DNA of 64,000 bases from Methanocaldococcus sp. 28A (GCA_049852185.1 CP187540.1); one strand, 5' to 3'. Shown: positions 42,606 to 53,673, counted from the stretch's first letter. The notes: a model not told the origin generated them from the letters alone. Made by a program: numbers and translations.

Positions 42606-42929
42606 CCATAGAGGGGGCGTAGCCCCCTCTATTGGGATACTCCCCCATAAGCTTGTATTAGTTTAATAATAAGAGGCATTACCGAGCGAAGCGAGGTAAT
42701 GCATCCCGGGTATTCCGAACCATAGGGCTAACGCCTTATTGATATGAACCTTTTAGAAAAAGGTTCATCAAAAAATTTGGGGTATACCAATAGGGGCATA
42801 GCCCCTATGGTTCGGGATACCCAAAATTTACACCTCTGCCAAAGGCAGAGGTGTTAGGGAGTATAGCAATAGAGGGTTTCCCTCTATGCGGTGTTGAGCC
42901 CTATGGTTATAAAAGGCTTTAAAGGGAGA
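42583..42929 (+). repeat. 309-bp multi-hairpin cassette (42602-42910) flanked by a 19-nt direct duplication
   Basis: aaaaggctttaaagggaga at 42583-42601 and 42911-42929, enclosing about 7 GC-rich hairpins. Insert ends are taaccatag / ctatggtta. Confidence 0.9.
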
Positions 42930-42933
42930 TTAA

Positions 42934-43929
42934 ATGGACACTTATAAAAAAATAAAGCTTGGTATATTGGTAATTATCTTACTCATATTAATTGAATCAG
43001 TAATATTGATGACAGTTGAGGGTTGGGATTTCTTCACAGCTTTTTATACTGCAGTTGTTACAATCTCAACAGTTGGTTATGGAGATTACACACCAAAGAC
43101 ATTTATTGGAAAGCTCTCTATCATAATATACATATTTGCTGGGGTAGGAGCAGTTGCATATACTATGGGAAATATAGCAGGGTTTTTTATTGAGGGGCAT
43201 TTTAAAAAATACTTTAGGTTGAGAAAAATGATGGATAAAATCAAAAAACTAAACAACCATTATATAATATGTGGTTATGGAAAATTGGGAAAAGTTATAG
43301 TTGAAGAATTAAAAAAATGTGGAATTCCATTTGTAGTTATTGATTCAGATGAGAAAATATTGGAAGAAGCTCTTGAAAAAGACCCAAATCTTATATGTAT
43401 TGTAGGAGATGCCACATCAGACGATATTTTAAAAAAGGCAAAGATTGAAAAAGCTAAAGGATTAATTTCAGTAGTTACTTCAGATGCTGAAAATGTCTTT
43501 ATTACTCTTTCAGCAAAGAAGTTAAATCCAAATATTTATGTGGTAGCAAAAGCAGAAAAACCATCAACTCTTGATAAGTTAATAAAAGCGGGTGCTGATA
43601 GGGCTGTGTGTCCATATATAGTTGGAGGAATGGAAATTGCAAGAATTGCATTAAATCCAGATGTCGTTGAATTTATTCACTCCTTAGTAGCTACAGAAGA
43701 AGACATGGAAGTTAGGAGGTATATTTTAAAAAATAAAGAACTTGACAATAAACTTTTAAAAGATTCAAAAATTAGAGAAAAAACTGGAGCTACTATTTTA
43801 GCTATTAAAAAAGGAGATAGAATGATTACGAGTCCTCCTCCTGATACAGTAATTAATGTTGGAGATATAATATATGCTTTTGGTACTAAAGAACAGCTTG
43901 AGAAGTTAAAAAAATATGTTGAAGAATGA
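42934..43929 (+). CDS. kch: Potassium channel with RCK (TrkA-N/C) domain
   Basis: TVGYGD filter and IICGYGKLG RCK motif. Confidence 0.9.
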   Translation: MDTYKKIKLGILVIILLILIESVILMTVEGWDFFTAFYTAVVTISTVGYGDYTPKTFIGKLSIIIYIFAGVGAVAYTMGNIAGFFIEGHFKKYFRLRKMMDKIKKLNNHYIICGYGKLGKVIVEELKKCGIPFVVIDSDEKILEEALEKDPNLICIVGDATSDDILKKAKIEKAKGLISVVTSDAENVFITLSAKKLNPNIYVVAKAEKPSTLDKLIKAGADRAVCPYIVGGMEIARIALNPDVVEFIHSLVATEEDMEVRRYILKNKELDNKLLKDSKIREKTGATILAIKKGDRMITSPPPDTVINVGDIIYAFGTKEQLEKLKKYVEE

Positions 43930-43947
43930 CATAAACATAACTAAAAC

Positions 43948-44041
43948 TGGTAGTCCCAATGAAGTTGTGGGTTGAGGACTACTCATTTCCATAGCTGTCA
44001 GTTTGTATGATATGTTGTTAAATACTATGATAAACTATGGA
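43948..44041 (+). mobile_element. Orphan copy of the tnpB 3' tail / omega-RNA scaffold
   Basis: About 44 of 56 ungapped identities to 1396-1451, plus a similar terminal actatRataaRctat motif. Stem gtagtcc/ggactac. Confidence 0.7.
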
Positions 44042-44109
44042 TTAGTTTGTAAGCTAAAATTATAAAAATATGAATACTATAAATGATTTTTCAAAAAATA
44101 TATTAAATA

Positions 44110-44287
44110 TGTGTAAAATAAAATAAGCTTTAAAAAGGAAATTTTAAATGCTTTCCTTTTGCACACAACTATAATAATTTATTTATTTATAATATTATTA
44201 TATATTTTGAAATAGACTTTCGCAGTTTATGTAGTATCATCAACATCAAAAATGCTTTCCGGATATTTGTTCCTACGGAGAGCCCTA
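44110..44287. mobile_element. Partial MITE-A (44110-44173) and degenerate MITE-B (44213-44287)
   Basis: ttttgcacacaactata end, and tagactttcgca...cggagagcccta. Confidence 0.65.
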
Positions 44288-44360
44288 TTTAAAAAACTTT
44301 TAAAAAACACCTATATTTTTACAAATAAAGTAAGCAAAGTAAGATTTACGGGGGATAATT

Positions 44361-45596
44361 ATGACAAAGAAAAAACAAGCTAAACAGGCAGAAGTAAATA
44401 TTGGAATGGTTGGACACGTTGACCATGGAAAAACAAGTTTAACAAAAGCATTAACAGGAGTTTGGACTGATAGGCATAGTGAGGAGTTGAGGAGAGGAAT
44501 TTCAATTAGATTAGGGTATGCTGATTGTGAGATAAGAAAATGCCCACAATGTGGAACTTACACAACAAAACCAAGATGTCCAAACTGTTTAGCTGAAACA
44601 GAGTTTTTAAGAAGAGTATCTTTTGTAGATTCTCCAGGACATGAAACATTGATGGCTACAATGCTCTCTGGAGCTTCTTTGATGGATGGGGCAATTTTGG
44701 TTATAGCTGCTAATGAACCCTGCCCACAACCTCAAACAAAAGAGCATTTAATGGCTTTGGAGATTTTAGGAATTGATAAAATTATTATTGTGCAAAACAA
44801 AATTGATTTAGTAGATGAAAAACAGGCAGAAGAAAATTATGAGCAAATAAAAGAATTTATTAAGGGAACTATTGCTGAAAATGCCCCTATAATTCCAATC
44901 TCTGCCCACCACGAGGCAAACATTGATGTTTTATTGAAGGCGATACAGGACTTTATTCCAACACCTAAAAGGGACCCTGACGCTACACCAAGAATGTATG
45001 TTGCAAGAAGCTTTGACATAAACAAACCAGGAACTGAGATTAAGGATTTAAAAGGGGGAGTTTTAGGAGGAGCAATTATTCAAGGAGTATTTAAAGTAGG
45101 GGATGAGATTGAAATAAGGCCTGGAATCAAAGTAACTGAAGGTAACAAAACATTCTGGAAACCATTAACTACAAAGATTGTTTCATTAGCCGCTGGAAAT
45201 ACCATACTTAGAAAAGCTCATCCAGGAGGTTTGATTGGTGTTGGGACTACATTAGACCCATATTTAACAAAATCAGATGCCTTAACTGGAAGCGTTGTTG
45301 GATTGCCTGGTACTCTACCACCAATTAGAGAAAAAATAACAATAAGAGCCAATTTGTTGGATAGAGTTGTAGGAACTAAGGAGGAATTACAGATAGAGCC
45401 ATTGAGAACTGGAGAGGTTTTAATGCTAAACATTGGAACTGCTACAACCGCAGGAGTTATAACATCAGCAAGAGGGGATATAGCAGATATAAAATTAAAA
45501 CTTCCAATATGTGCTGAGATTGGAGATAGAGTGGCTATAAGCAGAAGAGTTGGTTCAAGGTGGAGATTGATAGGTTATGGAACTATTGAGGCATAA
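44361..45596 (+). CDS. eif2g: Translation initiation factor aIF2 gamma
   Basis: [23 protein letters not shown] and QNKID motifs. Confidence 0.97.
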   Translation: MTKKKQAKQAEVNIGMVGHVDHGKTSLTKALTGVWTDRHSEELRRGISIRLGYADCEIRKCPQCGTYTTKPRCPNCLAETEFLRRVSFVDSPGHETLMATMLSGASLMDGAILVIAANEPCPQPQTKEHLMALEILGIDKIIIVQNKIDLVDEKQAEENYEQIKEFIKGTIAENAPIIPISAHHEANIDVLLKAIQDFIPTPKRDPDATPRMYVARSFDINKPGTEIKDLKGGVLGGAIIQGVFKVGDEIEIRPGIKVTEGNKTFWKPLTTKIVSLAAGNTILRKAHPGGLIGVGTTLDPYLTKSDALTGSVVGLPGTLPPIREKITIRANLLDRVVGTKEELQIEPLRTGEVLMLNIGTATTAGVITSARGDIADIKLKLPICAEIGDRVAISRRVGSRWRLIGYGTIEA

Positions 45597-45622
45597 TCCT
45601 ATTATTAAAATTTGAGGGATTA

Positions 45623-46708
45623 ATGATGATTGAATATCTCTTAAAAAATAAAGAACGGATTATCAAAAAAATGGAAAAAATTAATAAAATATCCTACAAC
45701 ATCAATGAATATTGGATTGAAGATAATTTTGATGATTCAGTTGAGATGAACTTTGCTGGTGGAGATGGGAGCTATAATCATATTGACTATATCTCATTTT
45801 CATTTTTTTGTGTTGGAGCAGTTAGTTTTATCCACAAAATTGGAGAAAAAGTCAAAAAAACTAAAGATAGCTACATTTTTGACATTTCTCATCCATTAGA
45901 TATTGAAAATAGATTAAGAACTTATATGCTCACTTTGGAGTTAAAAACTGCTTTCCATGTTTTAAAAAATTATGATGTTGATTATTATCTTTTGGACGGT
46001 TCATTATTCTCCCTGCTAATCTTTGCAAAGACTAACATTGATAAAGCAGATAAAGATAGGTTTAATTCTATATACAAAGAATATAAAAAAGAATTAGATA
46101 AACATATCGAAGAAGAGATAAAAACTGGAGATATTGGTGTTATATCAAAAGATTTAGAATTGGATAGAGATGAAAAATTATTAGTTGAGCATGCTGAGTA
46201 TATATTAACATTAACTAATCTTTTAAAAGAATATAAAGATAAACTAATTGGTATTTCAAAAACATCTAAGATAAATATTTATTTTAATGCTGAAATACCA
46301 GATATTGCTGTTTTCACAAAATTTACCAATAAAGAAGGTTATTCTATTCCAATAAACTTTATAGAAATGATAGGAGATAAAAAAGGAGAAGGACATAGTC
46401 AATTAAGTAGTATAATGAAGGGAATAAACTTTATAAGTAAATATGATGGGAATATTGAAACAGCATACATACAGTTTGTAAGATTGGAGAATAACTGTGG
46501 AGTTGTGGGAATAACAAGCTTTAATAAAATAAATAAAGAAGTCTTATCTGCACTAAAGCAAATATCTATTAACGGCTATCCCTATATATTAAAAAAATCT
46601 CATGAAACTGTTGAGATAACTAATAAAAAATTGCAGGCAATTGCAAAAATGCTTAATATTGATGACCCAATTGCAAGACACATTTTAGGAAAAAGAAAAA
46701 AATTCTAA
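45623..46708 (+). CDS. nurA: NurA-family nuclease
   Basis: AGGDGS, LLDGSL and [11 protein letters not shown] motifs. Confidence 0.85.
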   Translation: MMIEYLLKNKERIIKKMEKINKISYNINEYWIEDNFDDSVEMNFAGGDGSYNHIDYISFSFFCVGAVSFIHKIGEKVKKTKDSYIFDISHPLDIENRLRTYMLTLELKTAFHVLKNYDVDYYLLDGSLFSLLIFAKTNIDKADKDRFNSIYKEYKKELDKHIEEEIKTGDIGVISKDLELDRDEKLLVEHAEYILTLTNLLKEYKDKLIGISKTSKINIYFNAEIPDIAVFTKFTNKEGYSIPINFIEMIGDKKGEGHSQLSSIMKGINFISKYDGNIETAYIQFVRLENNCGVVGITSFNKINKEVLSALKQISINGYPYILKKSHETVEITNKKLQAIAKMLNIDDPIARHILGKRKKF

Positions 46709-46725
46709 CACAATGGAGGGAGATA

Positions 46726-48681
46726 ATGAAGTATTTAATAACTACCGCCTTAGCATACACAAACGGTCCTCTACACTTGGGTCATGCAAGAAGCACCTAC
46801 ATTCCAGCAGATATTATGTATAAATATTTAAAGTTGAGAGGAGATGATGTTATCCATATAGGTGGAACTGACAATCATGGGGTTCCAATAACATTAACTG
46901 CTGAGAAAGAAGGAAAAAGTCCAGAAGAAATTGTTGAAAAATACCATAATGAGATTAAAGAAGATTTAGATTTATTAGGAATAGAGTTTGATGCTTTTGG
47001 AAAGACTCACAGCCAAATACATATAGAAACAGCTCAGGAATTTTATTTAAAATTGAAAGAAAACGGCTATATATATGAAAAAGAGATAGAGCAATTTTAC
47101 TGCCCAAACTGTAAAAAATTCTTGCCAGATAGGTATGTTGAAGGAATCTGCCCATACTGTGGAGGGGAAGCAAGAGGAGACCACTGTGAGGTCTGTGGAA
47201 GACACTTAGAACCGTTTGAGTTGAAAGAGCCATACTGCGTTATCTGTAAAGAGAAGCCCGAGATTAAGAAAACAAAACATTACTTCTTTAAGTTAAGTGC
47301 TTTAAAAAAGGAATTAGAGGAATATATAAAAAATGCAGAGGAAATGCCAGAGCATGTTAAAAATATGGCATTAAATTGGATTAAAGAGTTGCATGATTGG
47401 GACATTTCAAGGGACATAAGCTGGGGTGTCCCAATTCCTGGTACTAATCAGGTAATGTATGTTTGGTTAGAGGCACCTATTGGCTATATCTCATTTACAA
47501 AAATGTTGGGAGATGTTTGGAAGAAATATTGGTTAGAGAAAGATACAAAGATTTATCACTTCATAGGGAAGGATATAACTGTCCATCATGCTGTATTTTG
47601 GCCAGGAATGTTAATTGCTCATGGTTCCTTTAATTTGCCAACAGCAGTTATTAGTGGAGGTTATTTAACTTTAGAAGGAAGAAAAATGAGTACAAGCAAA
47701 AGATGGGTAGTTTGGGTTAAAGATTTTGTAAAACACTTTGATGCTGATTATTTAAGGTATTATTTAATCATGTCAGCTCCATTGTTTAAAGATTGCGATT
47801 TCTCATTTGACGATTTCAAAAATAAGATAAATAATGAGCTAATTAATATAATTGGAAACTTTACTCACAGAGTTTTAACATTCACACATAGAAAGTTTAA
47901 AAAAGTGCCTATTGTTGATGAAAACAGATTAAAAGAGGAAGATAAAGCTTTATTGAAAAAATGTGAAAAAACTATTGAGGTAGTGGATAAAAACATAAGG
48001 AGCTTTAAGTTTAGAGATGCTTTAGTTAGTATATTACATCTTGCTATTGAAGGAAACAGCTACTTCCAAAAGATGGAACCATGGGCAGTTAAAGATGAAG
48101 AAAGATTAGAGGAAATATTATATACCTGCTGTAAGACAGTAAAAACTCTCTCCTATTTGTTATATCCATACATGCCAAGAAAATCTTCTGAACTCTTAGG
48201 ATTAATGAATGAAGAACTTGATTTGAATTTGAGAGGACATGAGCTGAAAAAACCAAAGATTATATTTAAAAAGATAGATGATAAAAAGATAGAAGAGATT
48301 AAGAAAAAACTTTATGAAAATAAAATAGAAGAAAATGAAGGAGGAGAAAAAATGGAGCAAATAGATATAAGTTATTTAGAAAAGATAGATTTGAGAGTAG
48401 GAGAAATTGTTGAAGCTGAAGATATAGAAAAATCTAAAAAGTTGTTAAAATTAATTGTTGATTTAGGAGATGAAAAAAGACAGATAGTTTCAGGAATTAA
48501 AAACTACTATAAACCAGAAGAATTAGTTGGTAAAAAAGTTATAGTTATCTGCAACTTAAAACCAGCTAAATTGTGTGGTGTTTTATCTGAAGGAATGATT
48601 TTAGCAGCTGAAGATGATGAAGGAAATGTTAGCTTATTAACTATTGATAAAGACATAAAAATAGGTAGTAAGGTTAGATAA
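46726..48681 (+). CDS. metG: Methionyl-tRNA synthetase
   Basis: HLGH, KMSTS, zinc knuckles and a C-terminal tRNA-binding domain. Confidence 0.97.
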   Translation: MKYLITTALAYTNGPLHLGHARSTYIPADIMYKYLKLRGDDVIHIGGTDNHGVPITLTAEKEGKSPEEIVEKYHNEIKEDLDLLGIEFDAFGKTHSQIHIETAQEFYLKLKENGYIYEKEIEQFYCPNCKKFLPDRYVEGICPYCGGEARGDHCEVCGRHLEPFELKEPYCVICKEKPEIKKTKHYFFKLSALKKELEEYIKNAEEMPEHVKNMALNWIKELHDWDISRDISWGVPIPGTNQVMYVWLEAPIGYISFTKMLGDVWKKYWLEKDTKIYHFIGKDITVHHAVFWPGMLIAHGSFNLPTAVISGGYLTLEGRKMSTSKRWVVWVKDFVKHFDADYLRYYLIMSAPLFKDCDFSFDDFKNKINNELINIIGNFTHRVLTFTHRKFKKVPIVDENRLKEEDKALLKKCEKTIEVVDKNIRSFKFRDALVSILHLAIEGNSYFQKMEPWAVKDEERLEEILYTCCKTVKTLSYLLYPYMPRKSSELLGLMNEELDLNLRGHELKKPKIIFKKIDDKKIEEIKKKLYENKIEENEGGEKMEQIDISYLEKIDLRVGEIVEAEDIEKSKKLLKLIVDLGDEKRQIVSGIKNYYKPEELVGKKVIVICNLKPAKLCGVLSEGMILAAEDDEGNVSLLTIDKDIKIGSKVR

Positions 48682-48827
48682 AAGTTAGATAAAATAAAAA
48701 ATTAATTATATCTTAATCTAAAGGATGAATGGTCTTTAAATTCATATTAGATTCATATTTAGACTTTTGCGGGAATAACTAATAATGAACTTTGAGGCTT
48801 TTAGCATCATGAATACCTTAAATGAAA

Positions 48828-49962
48828 TAGGACTTTTGCAAGCATATTTAAATATTTTATTATAACATTTCATGATAATCTATTTTTATTAGATATTATA
48901 ATTTTTCGAAACAAAAAGTTTATTTTGGGGAAAATATGCTAAAAATGTCGAGGACTATCGTTTATATGCTTTTTATATTACTTTCAGAGATTAATTCGTG
49001 TGTAGAGTTATCGAAAACGTTGCGTATTTTCGGAATCGACATATCTCACGATACAATAAATAGAATACTTTGGGAAGAAGGAATCTTCCCACAAGAAAAG
49101 CTTTTTAATTTCGTTAAAGATTTTATCACTCCTGATTATAATATTGTCGTTATAGATGACTTTGTTATAGATAAAATTTACTCTAAATCGACTGAATTTG
49201 CTTATTATTGTTGGAGTAATCTACATAAACGAGTAATTAAAGGCATACATATTGTTGATTGCATAATTACAAATGGAAAACATATTATTCCAATCGATTT
49301 TAGAGTATATGACAGACCAAGAGATGGAAAGACGAAAAATAATTTATGTAGGGAGATAATAAAGTCTTTAGTGGATAAAGGATTAAATATTAGATATATC
49401 TGTTTCGATAGTTGGTATTCAAGTAAAGATAACTTAAAACTTATCGATAGTTTAGGTTTATTCTACCTCTGCAGAATTAAAAGGAATAGAAAGGTAAAAC
49501 TCTCCAAAAACGGAAAGTGGGTATCAATCGAAGACATTAAGGAAATTCCTAAGAATGGATTAATCGTTTATCTACGAAAAGTTGGCTATGTCAGACTCTT
49601 CTGCCTTTCCAAAAACGGAAAGGCAAAATATTATATAACTAATAACCTATTTATGAGTTTCGAAGAATTCCAAGAGGTCAAAAACGCCTCTTGGAGAATC
49701 GAGGAATTCCATAGGGGTGTTAAACAGTGCTGTAATACAGGCAATTTCTTCGTTAGAAAAAAATTTCCAATTTTAGGTCATATCTCCCTTTCTATGAGAG
49801 CCTTCTACCTCTTAGAGAAAATTAGAATCGATAAAAATATCAGTTGGTACGAACTTAGAAGAAAACTAAATCGAATAGCCGTTGGTAATGCCATAATCTC
49901 TTTGTGTGAAGAAATTGGTTTATCGTTAATCTAAGTATTTAAATGTGGATGCGAAAGTCCTA
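48828..49962 (+). mobile_element. IS701-like insertion sequence, copy 2, with 5-bp TSD TGAAA
   Basis: tgaaa|taggacttttgca...tgcgaaagtccta|tgaaa. Nested within a MITE-B spanning 48760-49987. Confidence 0.92.
48936..49934 (+). CDS. IS701-like DDE transposase
   Basis: Differs from 34188..35186 at 2 visible residues. Confidence 0.9.
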   Translation: MLKMSRTIVYMLFILLSEINSCVELSKTLRIFGIDISHDTINRILWEEGIFPQEKLFNFVKDFITPDYNIVVIDDFVIDKIYSKSTEFAYYCWSNLHKRVIKGIHIVDCIITNGKHIIPIDFRVYDRPRDGKTKNNLCREIIKSLVDKGLNIRYICFDSWYSSKDNLKLIDSLGLFYLCRIKRNRKVKLSKNGKWVSIEDIKEIPKNGLIVYLRKVGYVRLFCLSKNGKAKYYITNNLFMSFEEFQEVKNASWRIEEFHRGVKQCCNTGNFFVRKKFPILGHISLSMRAFYLLEKIRIDKNISWYELRRKLNRIAVGNAIISLCEEIGLSLI

Positions 49963-50129
49963 TGAAATATAAATTGTGAAAGTCTTATAGTTTTTAAGAC
50001 TTCAATTCATGCATTAAACATTTATTTCTGTGAAAGTTCTATGCTAAAAATAAACAATAGCTCCCTTAGGAGAAACTTTTTTATATGTAAAAAGAGATTT
50101 TTCAGCTGATGCATTAGTGGTGATTATTT

Positions 50130-50432
50130 ATGGACATTACTCAATTCTTTCCAGATATAGGTAGTGGATTTATTATTGGATTTGTAGTAGGATGGGCAGC
50201 AAAAAAGGCAATAAAGGTGGTAGTATTCTTAATAGGTGTTTATATATTAAGCTTACTTTACTTGGCTAAAATAGGTGTTATAAGTATTAATAAAGAGGCA
50301 TTTTCAGCATTACTTGGAAATCTTGAAAACTCAATATTGGTTTTTGGGAATAAGCTTATAGGTTTAATTCATTCATTTTCATTTGGAACTTCATTTCTTG
50401 TAGGTTTTGGATTGGGATTTAAAAAAGGCTAA
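50130..50432 (+). CDS. FUN14-family membrane protein
   Basis: [17 protein letters not shown] and GFGLGFKKG. Confidence 0.82.
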   Translation: MDITQFFPDIGSGFIIGFVVGWAAKKAIKVVVFLIGVYILSLLYLAKIGVISINKEAFSALLGNLENSILVFGNKLIGLIHSFSFGTSFLVGFGLGFKKG

Positions 50433-50447
50433 AAAATTTTAAATTTT

Positions 50448-50795
50448 TTATTTTTCTAATTCTACTACATCAACAGGCTCTAATGGAATATTCTTTAAAA
50501 CTTTTCCAATTGTTGCTTTAGCTATTCTTATAGCATGCTCTGGGCTTTCAGCGTTAAAGACTTTCATAGATAACAAAACACCAACTAATGCAGTTCTTGC
50601 TACAACTAATACACAATCTACAAGTTCTCCACATTTTGGACATATTGTTAATCCAATATCTATATCCACATAGTTTAATCCTTCTCTATTCAACATTTTA
50701 CCTATTTGGGATATTGTTACACTAATAGCATCTTCTACATCATCTACATTTCTCACAATATATGCAGCTTGTAAAGTTACATGATAATTCGGCAT
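50448..50795 (-). CDS. DUF555 / UPF0212 protein
   Basis: [14 protein letters not shown] and [15 protein letters not shown]. Confidence 0.85.
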   Translation of the reverse strand: MPNYHVTLQAAYIVRNVDDVEDAISVTISQIGKMLNREGLNYVDIDIGLTICPKCGELVDCVLVVARTALVGVLLSMKVFNAESPEHAIRIAKATIGKVLKNIPLEPVDVVELEK

Positions 50796-50906
50796 TGTCT
50801 CTCACCAACAACAAAAAATCTCATTTTATTTAAAACGTTAGCTCTTTGTTAATTACCTTATTTAGGGCTTTACTATTATTTAAAGTTATTGTTTGATAAG
50901 TTTAAA

Positions 50907-50998
50907 TAGGACTTTCGCACTTTATATGCTATATAAGGAACTTTGGCACCTAAAGGTGTCTATATTTAATCAAAAAATTTATCTCTGCAAAAGTTCTA
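50907..50998. mobile_element. MITE-B (92 bp) sharing TIRs with the IS701-like element
   Basis: taggactttcgca...tgcaaaagttcta, near-TSD ttaaa/ttcaa, internal hairpin ggcacc-taaa-ggtgtc. Confidence 0.8.
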
Positions 50999-51020
50999 TT
51001 CAATAAGGTATTTTATAGGG

Positions 51021-51908
51021 ATGAATATGATAGAAAAAGCAGAGATTTTAATGGAAGCTCTTCCATTTATACAGAAATTTTATGGAAAGACTTTTGTTAT
51101 AAAGTATGGCGGTCATGCAATGATTGATGAAAAGGCTAAAAACTGGACTGCTCAAGATGTAGTTTTGTTGAAGTATGTTGGAATAAATCCAGTAGTTGTT
51201 CATGGAGGAGGGCCAGAGATTAATAAAGCTATGGAAAAGATGGGAAAGAAGCCAGAGTTTATTCATGGTTTAAGAGTTACTGATGAGGAAACGTTAGATA
51301 TTGTTGAAATGGTCTTAGCTGGAAAAATTAATGGTGATATTGTCTCTAAATTATCAAAATTTGGTGGAAGGGCTGTTGGATTATCTGGAAAATCTGGAAG
51401 GATTATAATAGCAAAGAAAAAAATAAAATATATTAAAAATGAGAATGGGGAAGAAATAGCTGTAGATTTAGGTAGAGTTGGAGAAACAGTAGAGGTAAAT
51501 ACAGAATTATTGGAAATTTTAATAAATAATGGATACATTCCTGTTATATCACCAATTGGTTTGGATGAGAAAGGAGAAGCATATAATTTAAATGCCGATA
51601 CCGTTGCTGGAGATATAGCGGGAGCTTTAAAGGCTGAAAAGCTTATTTTAATAACAGATGTTGATGGAATAATGGATGATATAAATAATCCAGAGACACT
51701 ACATAGAAAATTAACAGCTTCTGAGTTAAAAGAGATGATAAAAGATGGGAGAATAAAGGGAGGTATGATACCTAAGGCTGAAAGTGCTTTATATGCATTA
51801 GAGCATGGTGTTAAAAGTGTTCATATAATAAATGGAAAAATTCCTCACGCTCTATTGTTGGAAATATTTACAGAGGAAGGTATTGGAACTATGATAACAA
51901 AAGATTAA
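51021..51908 (+). CDS. argB: Acetylglutamate kinase
   Basis: VIKYGGHAM, VHGGGP, NLNADT and GGMIPK motifs. Confidence 0.96.
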   Translation: MNMIEKAEILMEALPFIQKFYGKTFVIKYGGHAMIDEKAKNWTAQDVVLLKYVGINPVVVHGGGPEINKAMEKMGKKPEFIHGLRVTDEETLDIVEMVLAGKINGDIVSKLSKFGGRAVGLSGKSGRIIIAKKKIKYIKNENGEEIAVDLGRVGETVEVNTELLEILINNGYIPVISPIGLDEKGEAYNLNADTVAGDIAGALKAEKLILITDVDGIMDDINNPETLHRKLTASELKEMIKDGRIKGGMIPKAESALYALEHGVKSVHIINGKIPHALLLEIFTEEGIGTMITKD

Positions 51909-51986
51909 AGTTTTTAGTCATTAAAAAGTCTATTAGCTAATTTTTTATATCTATTTTTTTAAAAACCTTATAAAAATAAAATTTTT

Positions 51987-52448
51987 TTGGTTGATAATAT
52001 GATTATTCTTTTAGATTTAAATGGAACAATAGCTACCGATGGGAAAATAAAAGAAGGTGTTAAAGAAAGATTAGCTACTTTAAAAGAAAAAGCAGAAATA
52101 TACATTTTATCAGCCGATACTTTTGGAACTTTAAAGGATATTGCAAATGATTTGAATGTTAAAGGAATAAAAGTAGATAGAGAAAAATATGGTAGTGAAA
52201 AAATAGCTAAACTAAAAATTTTAGAAGAGTTAAAAAATCAAAATCCTAACAAAAAAATTATTGCTATTGGTAATGGAAATAATGATGAACTGTTATTAAA
52301 AAATGCTGATTTAGGAATTTGCGTTATTGGTGATGAAGGAGCTTGGAGCAAAACAATATTAAGCTCAGATATTGTCGTTAAAGACATAATAGATGCCCTT
52401 GATTTGATATTAAAGGAAAATAGGATGAAAGCAACAATTAGAGATTAA
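51987..52448 (+). CDS. HAD-family hydrolase (soluble P-type ATPase-like)
   Basis: LDLNGTIATDG, SADTFGT and GNGNND motifs. Confidence 0.85.
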   Translation: MVDNMIILLDLNGTIATDGKIKEGVKERLATLKEKAEIYILSADTFGTLKDIANDLNVKGIKVDREKYGSEKIAKLKILEELKNQNPNKKIIAIGNGNNDELLLKNADLGICVIGDEGAWSKTILSSDIVVKDIIDALDLILKENRMKATIRD

Positions 52449-53593
52449 ATTAATATATCAAAAACCTTCTCGGCTGTCTTGGAAGTTAATTCATAGATTG
52501 TTATAGCTGCATCAGATATCTGTTTTAAGCTAACTGTTGGCTTTGTATTTATGCATATAGAATAAATTTTTGTCTTTCTTTTCATTTTTTCTTCTTTAAT
52601 TTTTTCTAAAAACTCTAAAGATATTTCGCACTCTCCATCTGTTATAAGGACAATATCTCCATTAAATTTTAATGCCTCTCTCAATGGTTTTTCAAAATTA
52701 GTTCCACCACCATAAAATACAGAGGCAAATTCTAAAATTTCTTCAAAAGATACCTTTTTTTCATAAATCTTTATATCCCTAACACCATCGTCAAATAATA
52801 TTGCTATATATCTCTTATTTCTTTTTAAAGATATATCCATTAAGCAGAGAGCAATAGCCTTTGCCCAAATTTCTTTGTTCCCTCTCATAGAGCCACTTAA
52901 ATCTAAACAAACTATGAAGTCTCCACAGTTTTCATTATTTTTCAATATCTTATAATTTAAAAGTCTATTTTCATTGTATCTCCTTAACAAATCAATAAAA
53001 AGGGTTTCTTCAGCAAAGTTTCTATACTCTGAAGAGAGCAGATTTATTAAATTATTTCCAAAGTTTATTGAGTATTTTTCTCCTGAGAAGTGTTTAATTT
53101 TTGTTTTATACTTCTTTATAGTTATTCTTCTAAACTTCCCTAAAATTTTTACAAACTCCTTTAATTTATTGTTTTTTAATAATTTTTCAGTCAATTCTAA
53201 TTTTTTCTTTGGGTCAGAATGGCTTTTATATCCTTCTCCTCGACCACAAGTGCTGAAAGATGATGTTATGCTTTCCATATAGCTTTCAAGCTCATCTAAC
53301 AACTCATCTATATCTTCCTCTTTACTTTTTTCCTTATGCTCTTTAAATTTCTCACAAAAAAATTCAGTGGCAATTAATGAATAATTTTCATCTAATGTAG
53401 TTATTGATTTTATATTTTTAAATCTTCTATCTCTTATAATTTTTTTAATTAAATCATTTTCTTCCAAAATCTCAATTTCATATTTAAAGAATAGATAAAA
53501 TATCATCTCTGTTTCTTTTTCACTTATATGAAAAGTTATTTTATCTTTACACCTTTCCCAAACCATCTTGTCATACTTATCATATCTAATCAT
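52445..53593 (-). CDS. VWA-domain protein (ViaA-like)
   Basis: MIDAS DLSGSM, GGGTNF and LITDGE motifs. Confidence 0.88.
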   Translation of the reverse strand: MIRYDKYDKMVWERCKDKITFHISEKETEMIFYLFFKYEIEILEENDLIKKIIRDRRFKNIKSITTLDENYSLIATEFFCEKFKEHKEKSKEEDIDELLDELESYMESITSSFSTCGRGEGYKSHSDPKKKLELTEKLLKNNKLKEFVKILGKFRRITIKKYKTKIKHFSGEKYSINFGNNLINLLSSEYRNFAEETLFIDLLRRYNENRLLNYKILKNNENCGDFIVCLDLSGSMRGNKEIWAKAIALCLMDISLKRNKRYIAILFDDGVRDIKIYEKKVSFEEILEFASVFYGGGTNFEKPLREALKFNGDIVLITDGECEISLEFLEKIKEEKMKRKTKIYSICINTKPTVSLKQISDAAITIYELTSKTAEKVFDILI

Positions 53594-53673
53594 TTTTTCA
53601 CCATAATACTAAATTTAAGATAAATCATAAAATATATATACTATTTTATACAAAAGTATTACAAGGTGGAATT

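Noticed and set aside
42602-42910. GC-rich hairpins as tRNA, SECIS or CRISPR mini-array
   Set aside because: No cloverleaf, no UGA-containing upstream gene, and the modules are not identical, regularly spaced repeats.
34160-49962. Inverted pair of near-identical IS copies as a composite transposon or past inversion
   Set aside because: Copy 2 retains its own TGAAA TSD, so it inserted independently and has not exchanged flanks with copy 1.
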